From NCBI RefSeq assembly GCF_964204645.1, contig NC_134026.1, forward strand, positions 15,100,150 through 15,164,149: 64,000 nt of DNA, given 5' to 3'. This DNA is from Tubulanus polymorphus (lineage: Eukaryota; Animalia; Nemertea). Positions 31,585 to 46,412 of the stretch are shown one piece after another. Position numbers and translations under genes: made by a program. How positions within the stretch are numbered: position 1 is the first letter of the stretch; every line of letters starts with the position of its first letter. The notes beneath the pieces were generated by a model. The model worked only from the letters and a program-made list of their open reading frames with translations, was not told the origin of the DNA and ran no database searches.

Positions 31585-34500
31585 CAGTTAAATGTTCTGG
31601 GCAATAAGGTAAGTTTCTTGTTTTAAACTTTATATTTTCAGGATATTCTAAATCAACTACAAAGAAATAACCAATTGGTGCTTCATCTTTTAAACTCGCA
31701 ATTGCGCTTTCCCAATCAATTTTATCATCATTTTCAACTTCTGTTAATATAAAATTTTTATATGGTTGAGGTTGCATCATTGCCCAACCATATAAATTAT
31801 TGGCGTCAATATATAATAATTTATATTCATCATTTGCTTTAAAATATCTATCTCCCATAACACCACTAATTCCACCTCTAATTGATTTTTCAAATAATAA
31901 AACCATGTCTGGTTCTTTTAATAAATCTAATTCTACATTTGTATATTTTAAACCACATTGCCAGGTTAAACCGGGGCTTGAATAACAATAACAAGGATCA
32001 ACATTAAAATGATTCAAGTTAACTTCTCTAAATTTTTCAAATATGTCAGCCAATATCATAACATCTGATTTTAATAAATCAACTAATTCACCATGATTTT
32101 TCATCTTAAAATGGTTCCAAATATTTAATGTTCTATTAAACATGATCATAAAATTGTTCTTTTAATAATTCTGTTACATTAAAATCATCATGTGTTTTAT
32201 AAAATGAATAAGGAATTGCGCCTTTATATCTCAATAATTTAAAATCTTGTTCATTTGGATAATAATATCGAGTTATTATAAAATCATTATCAACTAAACT
32301 TTTTGATAAATTATCTAATGAACTTGCTAGAAATCTATAAGAATCTAAAAATCTAATGCAACCAAATTGAAATGAAATATAATTTTCGGATGTTTTAGCT
32401 AATAGTTTAAAATCATATTTTCTTACATTTACACCATTCATAGCATTATATTCTTCTATTTCTTGATTAATTGCACCCAATTTTCCTGATTATTGTTTTA
32501 TAAATAGATGGGTATCATAGCCCGATAAATTATGAAATAATATTGGTACGAAATTAACTTTCTTAGCTTGTAAATTACAATCTTCATGAGCAGCTCCACG
32601 ATATTTTGAATTTAAATGATCATGATCTCTAACTTTTTTATCAAATGAATAAAAACGTTTTTCACAATAACAACAATGAGTTGCATAATTAAAATCAATT
32701 TCATCTTCTTTTTTCATAACTATTCTTTTATTTTTGTTTAATAATTTTGCAAAATCACTTTCTAATTCAATTATTTTATTACAAAAATCATTAACTACAT
32801 TTTCACCTCTAAAAGAAATATATTGACTTTCATATAATTCAGGATAATTTGATTTTATATAAATTCCATAAGCAGCAGCTCTTTGATGAAATTTTTTAAT
32901 TGTATTTATAATTGGTGGGTCTTGAATTATATCTTCATTTAGTTCATTTCCTTTATCCATTGATTTTAAAAATTGCTTTTTGTTATATATTTCTTTTCTA
33001 TCTTGATCAGTTAATTCTTTATTCAACGATTCAAAATCCCCATAAATTACAAATGGAACAATATTCTTAAATTTATGATTAGTAAAATTCAATTTATAAT
33101 CTTTTTCTGTTGGCATTATTAATTTACAAAAATCTTTATTATCACATAATTCTTTATGTTTTAATAATGTATTCTCAGTCATAAATTCAGATAAACATTT
33201 TCTACATAGATATATTTTATTATGGTGATCACTTTCTGTTCCAAAGAATAAATCAATTTGTTTTAACCACATATAATGTTCATTTTCATCTTTTTGGTAA
33301 TATAACAAATCTATAGCATTTTCATCATCATAATATTCTGTTAAATATAAAGCTTCCAATGTATAATCTTTAATATTTTCACCTTTTGTCTTTGGTAATT
33401 GCATTAATTCGAATACATTTATTTTTAAATTATTAACTTTTTCTATTTTAGGAATCATTTTTATAGTTACTGGATATTGATCAATTTTATATAATGTTTC
33501 ATATTTCCGGTAATTTGTTATTCTAGAACTATGTTTAATATCTTCTGTTGGATGTAAACAATGTAAACTAATAATTGACCATAGAAAACATTCATTATCT
33601 TCATTTTGAATATTTATTACTGCTTTTGTCGTAAATGGTAATTTAATATAATTGATGCTTTAATATCCTTTTCTGTTGTAAAGTTTGAGTCATTTTTAAA
33701 CATTGTTTTAGTTTTTGATGTTTCATTCCTTTTTGTATTATAAACATTTAAATCTAAAAATATAATTCGATTCAATGTTAAACCAGAACCCTCAAAATAT
33801 CTTTCTTTAATATGACGTTTAAATTCATTAAATATTTTTTCTAACTTCTCTTTTATTTGTGTTTTTGAAATTATTTCTTCAGAGAGTGTTTGAATATTAT
33901 AATACATTTTTTCTCCTGACTTTATAAAACTTACTTTCCCAGAGATACTAATTTTTGGATATTCAATATCTGTTATCAAATCTAGTATTTTTTCTATTAT
34001 TTCATTAAATTTACTATAATCTTCTATTGTTGTACCTTTAAAAAATCTAAATATAATAGCTGCAGGTCCAATTTTACTATGTAATGTTTCTAAAATTTCA
34101 ATTGTATCTTTTATTTCTAGTGAATCAATATAATTTCTAACATTTTCCATGTAGGGTTTATTTGAAATGGATTTAGTTTTTGAAGTTGGTTTTTTTACTT
34201 TTTGAGGTTTATCATCGAAATAATCTTTTCCTAAAACATTATTACTCAAATTTTGATGGTGTTTTTGTGATTCGAGATGTCTATTATAATTCTTTTTTAC
34301 TATAAATTCATTACAAACTTCACATTTTATTTCATCCACATTCATATTTTCTAATCACTCTTTTCTTTCATTGGAATTTTCTGAAGTTTCAAAATCTATA
34401 ACATTTTTTATATGATTTGAAGATTTTTCATGTTTAGATTTATTAGATTTATCGATGTATTTTTTACAATATGGGCAATAATATTGATTTGTATTAACAT

Positions 34501-34615
34501 TATTGTTTTCTGGCTGGTGTTCATTCTCCCCCATTTATAAGGAAAAAAAATTACTTGTGGTGATGAGAGCTAGTACTCTCGTACTCTGGTATGAAAGCCT
34601 ACTTTTCCAATTACT
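31585..34615 (-). mobile_element. Polinton B (same family as A): terminus + fragmented pPolB, truncated by the PLE chain
   Basis: ORFs 33617-34345, 32490-33458, 32136-32480 and 31585-32149 are closely similar to A. Terminus ...TTTTCCAATTACT ends at 34615. Confidence 0.9.
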
Positions 34616-35430
34616 GGTAAGACTTGTGAAAATATCAGAAATAGAAATGATATTGAGTTAGTTAGCAATGGTAAAAGAATTAGACATTTACAAACATATC
34701 CTAAATTCATTGGTAACAGAATATTTGATGGAAATTTAGCTGCAGTTAAAATGAGAACTTCTATGAAATTTAATAAGCCAATTTATGTTGGTGCTTCAGT
34801 TTTAGAAATATCAAAGTTATTAATTTATGAATTCTATTATAACGTATTACAACCTCATTTTGGAGAAAAACATATAGAAATCTTATATTTTGATACTGAC
34901 AGTTACATATTGAAGATAAAAACTAGTAACACAACAGATGATTTAAAAACATTAAAACATCATTTCGGTTTTAGTAATTATCCGAAAGATCATGAATTGT
35001 TTAGCAATGATAATAAAAAGGTGCCCGGGAAGTTTAAGGATGAATTAGGAGGTGAAGAAATGATAGAGTTCATTGGAATTCGAAAAATATAAAAATGTAT
35101 TCATATAAAACTAAAACTCATGAAGCTAAAAAGTTAAAAGGAATTACTAAAATTGTAGTAGAAAAGAATATTCATTTTAAAGATTACATCAATTGTATAT
35201 TTAATGAAGAAGTTAGAAAACATAAGATGAAATGTTTAAGATCAGAAGATCATGAAATGTTTATTGAAGAGATAGAGAAGATAAGTTTGAATCCTTTCGA
35301 TGATAAAAGATATATTTTGGATGATGGAATTCATACAGTCGCGTATGGTTGCAATTTAGAAGAATACTTAAAATTTAAAAGAGAAGAAGAGAAAGAAAAG
35401 GAAATAATGAACAGGATTATAACGTGTTAA
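34616..35430 (+). pseudogene. pPolB C-terminal part (intein-free), Polinton C
   Basis: GKTCENIRNR, EILYFDTDS, KKVPGKFKDE, KMYSY, KLKGI, LNPFDDKRY; frameshifts. Confidence 0.92.
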
Positions 35431-35439
35431 TAAAAATAT

Positions 35440-36140
35440 GTATCATAAATGGAAAGTACACAATCACAAACTATCAATATTACAAACAATAATGTGAATT
35501 GAAAAAACAACTCTCGGAATATTATAATAATTATAAAACGATGGTAAGCAAAGTTATTGTAGAACTTGTGTTAAAGAAATGAATAAGCAATACCGAGCAA
35601 ATAATCCAGATTATCAAAAGGAATGACGAAATGATAATCCAGAATATTTAAGAGATTGGAAAAAAGATAATAGAGAACATTATAATGAGTATCAAAATAA
35701 TTACCAAAAGAAAGATATAAAACGGATCTTAATTTTAAATTGAAACAATGTTTAAGTTCTAGATTAACAAAATTATTCAGTAAAGAAACCCATTCAGCCA
35801 CACTATCTAATTTATTGGGGTGTTCAGATGAATTTCTCAATTCATGGATAATATATCAATTCGACGATAAAATGAATGCAAAAAACTATGGTGAATACTT
35901 TAATGTTGATCATGTGTTACCAATATCTAAATTCAACATGAATGATGAACACAATCAGAAATTAATCTGGAGCTGAAAAACGTAAGACCTTTAGAGAAAG
36001 TTGAAAATATTAGGAAAGGTAACAAACTAGAAATTAAAGTATATTTAGATCAACTGGTTAAAGCAAAGACATTTGTTGAATTATGGAACTCAACACATAA
36101 TGAAAAATACGTTGAATATAAACGTTTAGAAAACCGGTAA
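35440..36140 (+). pseudogene. HNH-type endonuclease relic
   Basis: LLGCS..FL..WI..QFD.KMN..NYGEYFNVDHVLPISKF...N(V)RPLEKVENIRKGNK, the pattern of viral HNH nucleases; broken by stops. Confidence 0.6.
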
Positions 36141-37202
36141 CTCTCGATGTATGTCAAACTGCCTATGCAATTATACTAGCATCTGTGTAGCGTATTATAA
36201 ATTCAGTTGAATGGGGAGTAGTACCTCATTTGAATATTGATCGAACGTGCTATTTCTGTTGAAAAGAATTAATTAACTTCATCATAAAAGAACACCTGTT
36301 GCTCAGACAGACAGTGTTTGGCTGGTGAATAACTGGCAGTTATAAGCGCGCAGTGCATAAGCATAGGAACGCATAGGATTTCTCTCTAGAAACACAATTA
36401 GCAGTTTACAGTTCTAAATGTAATTACTGTTTTTGTTGTTATTAAGACGCCGGGAAACGTTAAACATGTTTAAGTGTATTAATCTATATTTGACAACTAC
36501 AACTTCAAGTTAGTTTTATTCTACGCTAGATATTTATCTTTTAGATAACAAAAGGCTACGCGTAACATGAAGACCATTGCTATTTGAGTCATGAAAGTGA
36601 ATATGGAAGGATGTGAAATCAGAAATTACGGATATTTCAATTCATGAGACTGTAGCAGTTTAGCCATACTGTATAGACTTTCAATGCATTACGTTTGCCG
36701 GAATTTCAATTGCGTCATTCAGTCGTTGTTAATGGTTACAGTGACAGATGTTGTATTATACTTTATTGATTTCCGCATTCCGCTCCTCTCAAAATACATG
36801 TGTTTATGAAATAGTAATTCCACCAGTCGTTTCTTTGAATTGATTTTCAGCTTCAGGATTTATTATCGAGAATCCGAAATGACTTATCTGGACAGTTATA
36901 GTTACTGCTCCTAATAGATAGACAAAAGTAGTGAGATATGTTAAATCCTAAGTATTAAAAATTACATATCTTTAACTAGCTAGTGAATTCTATTATATTT
37001 TTATTCAAAATCTAATATTTCTTTTCAAATGAAGAATACTTTATATTTTGATAAGATTTGAATAAAAAGTACATAACTTTAACTAGCTAGCCAATTAAGT
37101 ATCAACCTAAAGAGTTACTAGTATTAACCTAAAGAGTTATTAGTATCATTTGAAGAATAAGTATAATATTTTTTTTCGCTTTTTTCTCATGACATCTTAT
37201 AA

Positions 37203-37778
37203 ATGTCAAAGAAATCTAATAAGAATAGTATTGATATTGAAAAAACCTTAGATGATTTGGGCATTAGTGATAATAAGGATATTCCAACCAAAATTGAAAA
37301 TAATATTGATTATAATATTGATTTTGAATACTATTTAACATGTAAGCACCATCTTGAGTTATTAATTGCTTGCGGCAAATGTAATGAGTTTATTGGCAAA
37401 ACTATAACTTTTCAAGAATTAGATGCCATGAAACCGGATAAAGTAATCAAACATTTCAAAATATATGAAGAAGCTAGATTAGCTAGAATAAATGACTCTA
37501 TTCGTGATGGAATAGTTAAATGTTACTATAAATTATGTAACCGGATTATACCAATTGATTATGAAAATAAATTATATAGCGATTTAAAAAATGATTATTT
37601 AGTTATGACAGAATTACAGAAATGGGTTGGATACGCTTCATTTCAATTAGGAGGAATAATGACATTGATTTCTACTGGAGTTATAACATTTTCTAACATC
37701 AAACCTATAGAATACAAAGATAAAAATAAATCAGAAGATATTGAATCAGAAAAAAAATTAACTAAAATAAATGAGTGA
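37203..37778 (+). CDS. Polinton hypothetical protein (191 aa, hydrophobic C-terminal segment)
   Basis: ATG in TAAATG context like other Polinton genes here; lies upstream of integrase. Confidence 0.6.
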   Translation: MSKKSNKNSIDIEKTLDDLGISDNKDIPTKIENNIDYNIDFEYYLTCKHHLELLIACGKCNEFIGKTITFQELDAMKPDKVIKHFKIYEEARLARINDSIRDGIVKCYYKLCNRIIPIDYENKLYSDLKNDYLVMTELQKWVGYASFQLGGIMTLISTGVITFSNIKPIEYKDKNKSEDIESEKKLTKINE

Positions 37779-38128
37779 TGATATTAAGAAGAAACCTAGA
37801 TCCGAAAAACAAATTAAATGGGCAAGGGAATTGGGTAAAAGATCTGCAGAATTGAAAAGAGCCAAGAAAAAGAAATTAACTAATATAAATGAATCACAGA
37901 AATTATCTGTTGTTGATTCGAATGATAATCCATCTGATTCTTCTAATGCTGGAAGTAATAATAAATCATATATTAAAATTGGATTAGTAACAGTTATTAT
38001 ATTCTCATAATATATGAATATAAATTCAAATCTAATAATAATGATTCCGATGATAAACCTATTACACCAGAAAATAAATCAAATGATAAAACCAATGAAA
38101 ATAAACCAAGATTATTATTAATGGATTA
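37771..38128 (+). pseudogene. Polinton small basic protein with TM-like segment
   Basis: KKPRSEKQIKWARELGKRS motif; frame breaks near 38010. Confidence 0.5.
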
Positions 38129-38135
38129 AAAAAAG

Positions 38136-39968
38136 ATGAAAAAAGAACAATATTTAAGAGATTTATATTATAACCCAGAGAGTGAAGTATCATATTCTAG
38201 TGTTTCAGAATTATGGGATGAAATAAAATTTGATAAAGAAAATATAAAATATAGTGAATTAAAATTATGGTTACAAAACCACTCCACATATCATATCCAC
38301 AAGAAAATGGTTAAGAATTATTTAACGAGAAAAGTAATGGTTTCATATATTGATCAACAATGGCAAGCAGATTTAATTGACATGAAGAAATGTTATAAAG
38401 GTCGCGCATGATTATGGCAGCACCAAGGCAAAGCTCCAGTAATGTTGGATTTTAAGAGTGTTTCTTAGCTAAGACTCGGGATATTTTCTGGACTACATTT
38501 TGGATAAAAACTCAAGGAATCGTTTTCTGTGTGAGTAAATTGGAATTAACTTTTTAAAACTGCTATCTGGTGATTTTGATGTGAAAATTTCTGAGTACTA
38601 ACAATTACAACAAGATGGCGACACGTACATTATGGCATTCTATGAGACTTGGAATCATAGAACTTTGCACTCGTTCACCCAGGATATCCAGCAAGCTATA
38701 TGACAAACTATGTGCATTGGGAATACAGAAAACTACCAAGCGTGGCTGTAGATCAGGATCTAAATTGCTTAAACATATGAGAAGTAATAACTCAAACTAT
38801 GTCAGTTGTGCACCTGTGTTTACAACACCTGTTCTTTACAACCATAACAGGGCAATTAAGTGTGAAGTTAAAGCCGTGGATTTTTTTGGTGTTCCTCAAG
38901 GTTCAGTTTTAGGACCTAAACTTTTCAATATGTATATGAAACCCTTGTCGGAAATAATAGCTTCTCATGGACTTGACTTTCATATGTATGCTAACGACAC
39001 CCAACTTTATGTGTTCTTTTAAAAGAATTCAACTGCACAGCAGTTTGCTGCTATTAAGCGTCTTGAAAGTTGCCTGATTGATATTGAATGTTGGCTTAAA
39101 GGATAATATGTTGAAACAAAATTGTGACAAAACCGAGTCTTTGTTTTTCTGTTTTCCTCGTTATGTACCACCTACTGATGTACAACTGCATGTTGGTTCA
39201 GTTTCTGTAGTACCTGCTCACTCAGTACGGAATCTAGGTGCTATTTTTGATAGATCCATGAATCATCTGTCATAAAATCCTGTTATTTCCATATGAGAAA
39301 CATTGGTCGTATTCGTAAGTATCTAACTAGGGATTCTACCAAGTCAATTATTCATGCTTTGGTTACATCCAGGCTAAACTATTGTAATTCTTTGTTATCT
39401 AATATCCCGGCGACACAGATTTACAGATTACAAAAGGTACAAAATGTGGCAGCTAGAATAGTTACCCTCACTAAACGAAGTGAACACATTTCTCCTGTTT
39501 TAGCAGACCTTCATTGGCTGCCAGTCCGCTTTAGAATAGATTTTAAAATCTGTGTTTTGATATTTTCTATCCTTAAAAATGAGGCTCCTCATTATCTCTG
39601 TGACATGATTAGTTTTTATAGACCATCGCGAAATCTTAGATCTGTTAATTTTAATTCACTTTTTATTCCAAGTCTTTTAGAGTCTATGGCCCAAAAACTT
39701 GGAATGCCTTGCCTAGTCATCTTAAATGCAGTAAGTCTATTGAGTGTTTTAAAAAGAATTTAAAAGCACATTATTTTAGAATAACCTTCAATTGAAATTG
39801 TCTTACTGAATGTTCACTGTTTTTAAATTCAATATTGTAATGTTTTTATCACCATATTTTATTGTACGTCGTATTTCTTTATTTGTAAGTGCTCTGGAGC
39901 AGTTTCATTAATCTGGACAGGGCACTAAAACATGTATAATAATAATAATTCTAATAATAATATATATA

Positions 39969-40011
<43 letters not shown>

Positions 40012-40654
40012 GATACAATTCGATGAAGGTAATGAATTCTATAATAAACATTTCAAAAAATTATTATCTGAAAACGATGTAGAATATAAGAAGGGTTTAA
40101 TAAAACATTGAAAACAAGAATGTGGAAATACTTAACTGCTAATGAAACATATAAATATATCGATGTGTTAGATGATTTAGTGAAAGGTTATAATAATTCT
40201 AAACATTCAAGTATTAGTATGAAACCTATATAAGCTAGAAAAGAAGATAATTCAGAAATAGTTTGGAATAATTTATATGGTGCGTTTGTTACACATGATT
40301 TTGGAGAACCTAAATTTAAAATTGGAAAACACGTTAGAATATCTAAATATCAAAAAACATTTTATAAAGGTTATACTCCAAATTTTACTGAAGAAATATT
40401 TAAGATTAAAAAGACAATATTAACTAAACCTTTTGTTTATAAATTAGAAGATTTAAAAGATGAAGAAATATTAGGTTATTTTTACGAACAAGAATTATCA
40501 CTTGTGCCAAACCCAGATGAAATAGAATATAAAATAGAAAAAGTATTGAAAACAAAAAAACTTAAAGGAAAAAAATATTCTCTGGTGAAATATAAAGGGT
40601 ATGATGATAAATTTAATGAATGGATTTTATCAAGTAAAATTAAAAGAATAAATG
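38136..40654 (+). pseudogene. Polinton retroviral-like integrase with C-terminal chromodomain, interrupted by an L2/CR1 LINE and (TA)n
   Basis: LYYNP, QWQADLIDM, QFDEGNEF, YNNSKHSSI.MKP, KGYTPNFTEEIF, YKIEKVLK...VKYKGY...NEWI. Confidence 0.88.
38400..39960 (+). mobile_element. Internally deleted L2/CR1-group LINE relic
   Basis: KRGCRSG N-terminal motif joined directly to [40 protein letters not shown] and LHWLPV; ends in an (AAT)n tail. Confidence 0.85.
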
Positions 40655-40860
40655 AATAAAGATTTATTTATATTTGAACCGCATAATATGGTAGTTACTG
40701 GAGTAAAAAATTGTGGTAAAACACATTTTGTATTAGATTTGTTCGAAACTATTTATAAGAATCATTTTGATAATATAACATTATTCTGTCCTACTTATAA
40801 AATGAATAAAACACATAATAGAGATATAGTTCAGATAAAAAAGTTTATTATATTTATCAA
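40652..40860 (+). pseudogene. Polinton packaging ATPase (A32/FtsK-like) N-terminal fragment
   Basis: Walker A VVTGVKNCGKT followed by ITLFCPT, directly downstream of integrase. Confidence 0.78.
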
Positions 40861-40999
40861 ATATTATATTTATACTCGTATCATTCTTCCAATTCGTATG
40901 TTTAGAAGTTAAATATATATATTATTACACTCGTCCACTCGTACCATTCTTCCAATTCGTCCACTCGTCCATCAATATGTAAATAGAAATTAATCTTTT

Positions 41000-42075
41000 T
41001 CATTTTCATATTTTTCTTAAAGCTTATTATATTCTAACAATATATTCCTTTTCATTGGCATTGTTATAATTCCTGATTGATTCCCGAGTTTATATTTATA
41101 GAATGTTTCTCTTGAAAATATTTGTGGAATATAATTTTCGATTTCATTTTTAGATGGATGTTTATTTTAAAATTCTCTAAAATCATCATATTTAAGTTCA
41201 AATTAGTTCATTGCATAAGTTACATTTGGTTTAGAGTTATTTAACTTTTTCAATATGTCCTCTTTATCATTACTCGAGAAATAATTTATAAATGTTTTAA
41301 TATACCACCGATAATCTAATATATTCATTTTAATAAATTTCGGATTTATAATTAATGGATTTTCTATTACATTATCTGTACCAATATGTTTAATTGAGTA
41401 TCTATGATTCAATTGTTTATCATATATTACATATTCTTTACATTTTTCACACCAAGATTTAAATACCTGTATTGCATGGGCTGAATCATTTCCACCTTTA
41501 GTTTTTAATTTATAATGTTTTGACCAATTAGTCTTTGTTATACATTCATTACAGAAGGCACAATAATTTAGTTCTTCTTTGCATTTATCTTTATATATAT
41601 TAGCATATGTTTTTACTAATTGTAAAATATGTTCATCTTTTTTATGTGCAATAAATAATCATTATAATTATCAAAATCTTCTTCCCAATATGTGCATCTA
41701 ATGATATCTTTTGGTTTAACATTTGATTTTTCTATTTTATAGATAGAGGTAGATTCTGTTACATCTTCTTTTTTTGTTTCAATATTATCTTCTTTTTTTG
41801 TTTAATATTATCTTCTTTTTTAGTTTCGATATTATCTTCTTTTTTAGGTTCATTATTATCTTCTATTTTAGATTCAACATTATTTTCTATTTTTGTTTCA
41901 ATATTATCTTCCAATTTATGTTCAATATTCTTTTCTCTTTTACTTATTCTATATTTGAATTGATTAAAGTATTCTCCAAAATACTTACTATATTCATCAT
42001 AAGGTATTATATAATATATATCTGACATTATTTCACTTGGACTTTGTATTTCATATATCCTCCTTCCATTTATTA
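41000..42075 (-). pseudogene. Polinton C hypothetical gene relic(s), with a 24-bp EDNIETKK repeat; homologous to 60366-60929
   Basis: GRRIYEIQSPSEIMSDIYYIIPYDEYSKYFGEYFNQF is shared with Polinton E. Confidence 0.5.
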
Positions 42076-42099
42076 TAGAATTTTTTATTAAAACTAAAA

Positions 42100-43350
42100 T
42101 TTTAATACATAACACTATTCAATTGAGAATTTACAATATTTAATTGCGCGTCAGATGTAATATAAATGTGCATTTTGTAATTTAAACCTCCTTTATTCTT
42201 TTTCATGAATAATTGTATTCCATCTTTATTGTTCTGTAGGTAGTTTTTTCCCAGATCCATGTAATTATAGTTATCTTCAGTTGTTGTAAAATCTAACCAT
42301 AATGCATATTCATTGCCGGTTTAATAATCAATTTGATTAATATTACAATTTTCAGATGATTTTACTTTTTCATTCATAAATTGTTTTCTTATTTCTGGCC
42401 ACTGATCTATCATTCTCATTCCTTGACAAAATATTTTATTTGCTATACCTTCAATAAGTATTTCTACTTTTGTTATTTCAGTATTATAATAATTATCAAC
42501 CTGTATTGCGCCATTTGAATATGTTGCAATTGTAAAAAATATTAATACACCTTTAATAGATCATCTTGGGAATTTAATTTTCTCATTAATTATTTCATCA
42601 TTTGCATTAATAGTTACAGATTTAAATTTATCAATATAATCATATAATAATGAAAATCCTTGATTGTATTGAGTTTGAATTATGCTTGAAATATTTTCAT
42701 CAGTTACTGTATCATATTCTAAACATATATTCGATAATTTATATCCCATATCTTTAACAACGCTAGATAGCACAATTTCATTAACAGGAGCTAATATTAT
42801 TTCGAATATGATATCTTCTTGAATTGCGTATTTATACAAATTGCATTATTATTCATCAATTCGAAGTCTAATCGAATTTTATATTTGCTTCCATAAATCT
42901 TTTTAATCAAATTATCTGCGGTACGAGTTGCTATTGCGTCATTAGCTCCTGGTCTTAATTTATTATGGTTTTCTGATTGGATGCCTTGAAATATCATATT
43001 ATTTCTATTTTCTTTTGTTAACCATAAATCTTTATAATGCATAAATAAATTATAATCATCTCATGAAAAAACTTTTTCTTGTCCAATCTTTATAGTTAAT
43101 TTTTTAATCAAATATCTTCCAACATTATCAACAACATAATGATTATCATGGCCAGTTACTTTTATATCAGCTGATAAATAAATACTATTTGGAACATAAA
43201 AAGTATTTTGTGTTAATCGAGGAATTCTAACATATAAAGTTTCATCCGGATTAATATTTGAAGGATTATGACTAATTATATGATGAGATCTCTCTGCTTT
43301 AATAGCATTAGATATTCTAGAATTCTTAGAAGGATTTATATAACTCCCAC
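42100..43350 (-). pseudogene. Probable major capsid protein (double jelly-roll/hexon-like), Polinton C
   Basis: ~1.25-kb gene with HNPSNINPDETLYVRIP, YKDLWLT, YKLSNICLEYD, PR.SIKG.LIFF, LWLDF.TTED..LHGSG and ISDAQLNI. Assignment rests on recalled Polinton MCP motifs and gene context. Confidence 0.65.
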
Positions 43351-43643
43351 TAATTTATTTAACAAAAAAATTAATTATTTATTTTTTATCATATTCACTA
43401 ACCCAAAAATAATAGCTAAACCAATTGTTGTAAATAACATAGTTACAGCTGTTAGAATTGAAAGAATTGTTATACCTTCTAACTTAAATGATAATCTTAT
43501 TCTATCTTTCAATGATATATTAGAATCTGGTTTTATCAATAAATCTTTAAAAATAACTTTTTAATCTATTAATATTATAATCATATGATTTTAATAATAA
43601 TATAATTTCTTCTTTCTGTAATTATATGTTATATTCTAAATCA

Positions 43644-43754
<111 letters not shown>

Positions 43755-43924
43755 AAGTCTAGTAAGTAAAATCTAGTATGAAATTTTGGCAGAACCAATT
43801 AGATTTTGCTGTTTATTGTGCAACAACTGGCTGTGGTATAAGTTGGAATAATCATTTAAATAACTTAGATAAAAATTTGAATTATTCTGATTTAAAATTA
43901 ATTCACACAATATTTAGATTTCAT

Positions 43925-43997
<73 letters not shown>

Positions 43998-43999
43998 AT

Positions 44000-45625
44000 T
44001 CATCTCGAGTAAAAGTAACTTCATATGTATTAAATATATTTTCCATTTTAGAAATAAAAAACTGTTTCAGTAACTTTCTAAATTTCTAAATTTCTAAATT
44101 AACTAATGAGTTAAAAACTAAATTTTTATATGAAATATTTCTATTAAAATCTATTGCTGGAATATTATATTTGATTGATTTATTATATTGGGAAGCTTTT
44201 GGAAACCCCATTTATATAATTAAAAAATTAATAATTTATTAATTCTTTTAATAATTTATCCTGCTCTTCAATTGTTATGTTACCATTTAAACTTATTATA
44301 TAATCTAGTGTATTTTTTAATCCGTTAATTTCTTTTATATTGGATTTTATTTTTTCTTTATTACTTTTTATATTTACTTTTGAACTTATGCCGGTTAATA
44401 CACTTGATGATAATCCTAGTGCACCAATTGATATAGCTAAAGGTGTTAATGGTGAGAATATGCTAGAAATGTTATTACAGAACTAATTGTAACTGAACCA
44501 CTAATAATAAGATGATATATAATTTTACTTTTTAAATATTTTTTCTTTTTTATCTTTAAGTCATTTTCAAATTATAATATTTGTTTTTCCAAATATAATT
44601 TTAATTTAGTTTTATTTATATCATGAGGAATAATATCAATATTATCAACTTTATCATCCATTTATTTAGCAAAAAATAATATATAATTAATTAGTAAGTT
44701 TATAAGCAACAAATAATACAATATCTGTTCCACCTAAAATCCAAATTACGATTTGTTACTGTGTTATATACTCATAGCTTCATCGACTGATTGAAAATCT
44801 CTATGTGTAATTTTCTGATTATGTAATTCTTTATTAATATAATCCATATTATTTTGTCTTTTTTCTCTATATTCTTCCTCTGCTTTATATAATTTTACTA
44901 ACGCTGAATTATGCCTTTTCTGTTCAGTTAATGATCAATTTTTGTACGTCAATATGTTTAAATAAATAACCACCACCAGTAAATGCCAAAACGTAAAAAA
45001 TTGCTGACCCTATAATAGTTATATTTGCAGATGCCATTTATTTAGTAAACAAAATTACGCATTTATATAGGAGGAATATATTTTTGTTTTTCCAAATAAT
45101 CAATATTTAAATTAGATAAAGTAACTGCTAACGTTAATTTTGAAATATCATTGATATCAAATCTATCAACATTAACACTTCCCATTTTAAATACTTTTTT
45201 TAATACCATTGAATAACCAACAGTTCCAACTGATAGTAATGCTCCATTATATAATCCAGTTATTATCCACTTATTATCACTCATTTATTTATCAAAAAAT
45301 TATTATCTTCAAAATATTTAGTTATCTTATTTATGATTATTTTAACATTTATTTCATTACTACTTTTATGATTATCATATATTTCAGTTAATATGTTTTT
45401 AATATCATCAATAATTCCATCTTCATTTAATTCATAATATTCTAAGGGTGTTTTAATTAAATCAATTACTTTTTCTATATTATAATTTTCTTTATCAATT
45501 ATTGATGCATAGTAAAATGATTTACTTTTATATCAGTAATTACATCATTAAGTTTAATTCTCATTTCTTTACCATGTTTAAAATCAAACCCAAAACATAT
45601 ACTCGGTCCAACAGTTATATTCATT
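44000..45625 (-). pseudogene. Cluster of small Polinton C structural-module genes (homologues of 53926-55700)
   Basis: MSDNKWIITGLYNG..YLEKQKYIPPI, MASA.ITIIGSAI, MNITVGPSICFG and MGFPKA match the plus-strand copies in Polinton E. Confidence 0.7.
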
Positions 45626-45639
45626 TATATATCAAAAAA

Positions 45640-46398
45640 AAATATTCTTTACATCTTATAACTAATTCATAAATTACAGGAAAGTTATTCAAATCAATTA
45701 AGTATCCATTGTGATTTCTAATATCTAATCTACAATTATTAAATTGAGGAATGCATGGTTTGAAATCACACTCGGCTAAATTGTAATTTATTTGCGTTCC
45801 AAATTCTTTTACATTCTTCAACGGTAAAATATTCAATAAACCAGAATCACATATTGTATCTTTAGTTGCTTCAAATGTTTTTGTAGGATCAATTAAATTG
45901 CAATAAATATAAAAGTGTGTAAAGGGTATTAAGTTTGGTGTAGCATCAGCATTACATATCCTTACATCTGGAGTTATTCCTAAAATTTTAGCTAAAGGTT
46001 TTTTAACTAGAAATTGATGTTGATCTTCATTGCCTATTTTTATTCTTACTTTATCAGAGCTATCACTTTTAATAAGTCTAAATCTAATCCAGCAGATGCG
46101 CCCATTTTTGAGCGTGCTCTTTTATTAATTTCTTGAGCTAATATTTCTAAATTATATAATCCAGTTTAAGATAAAGATGAAACCATCTATTCTTATTTCT
46201 GTCATGATTTAAAAAGACTCCATGTTCAATACTTTTATCCGATATATTATAAAAAGAATTACATAAACTTACATTTACTAATTTTAAATCAACACAATTC
46301 TTAAATTCTCTATCTAATTGTACTAGTAAATTATGTGATTTATAATTTGTCAGTCTTCTAGAATCAACAAATATTCTGTATTCTTTTAATTCTACCAT
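45640..46398 (-). pseudogene. Probable minor capsid (penton-like) protein, Polinton C
   Basis: YRIFVDSRR...NSFYNI...GLYNL...IYCNLID...IRNHNGYLIDLN; frameshifted. Confidence 0.55.
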
Positions 46399-46412
46399 TT
46401 ATTTTACATATT

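Noticed and set aside
31406-32149. 247-aa PolB/GIY-YIG fusion ORF
   Set aside because: Chance in-frame junction at 31584/31585 between a truncated pLTR and broken Polinton B polB; both domains are incomplete.
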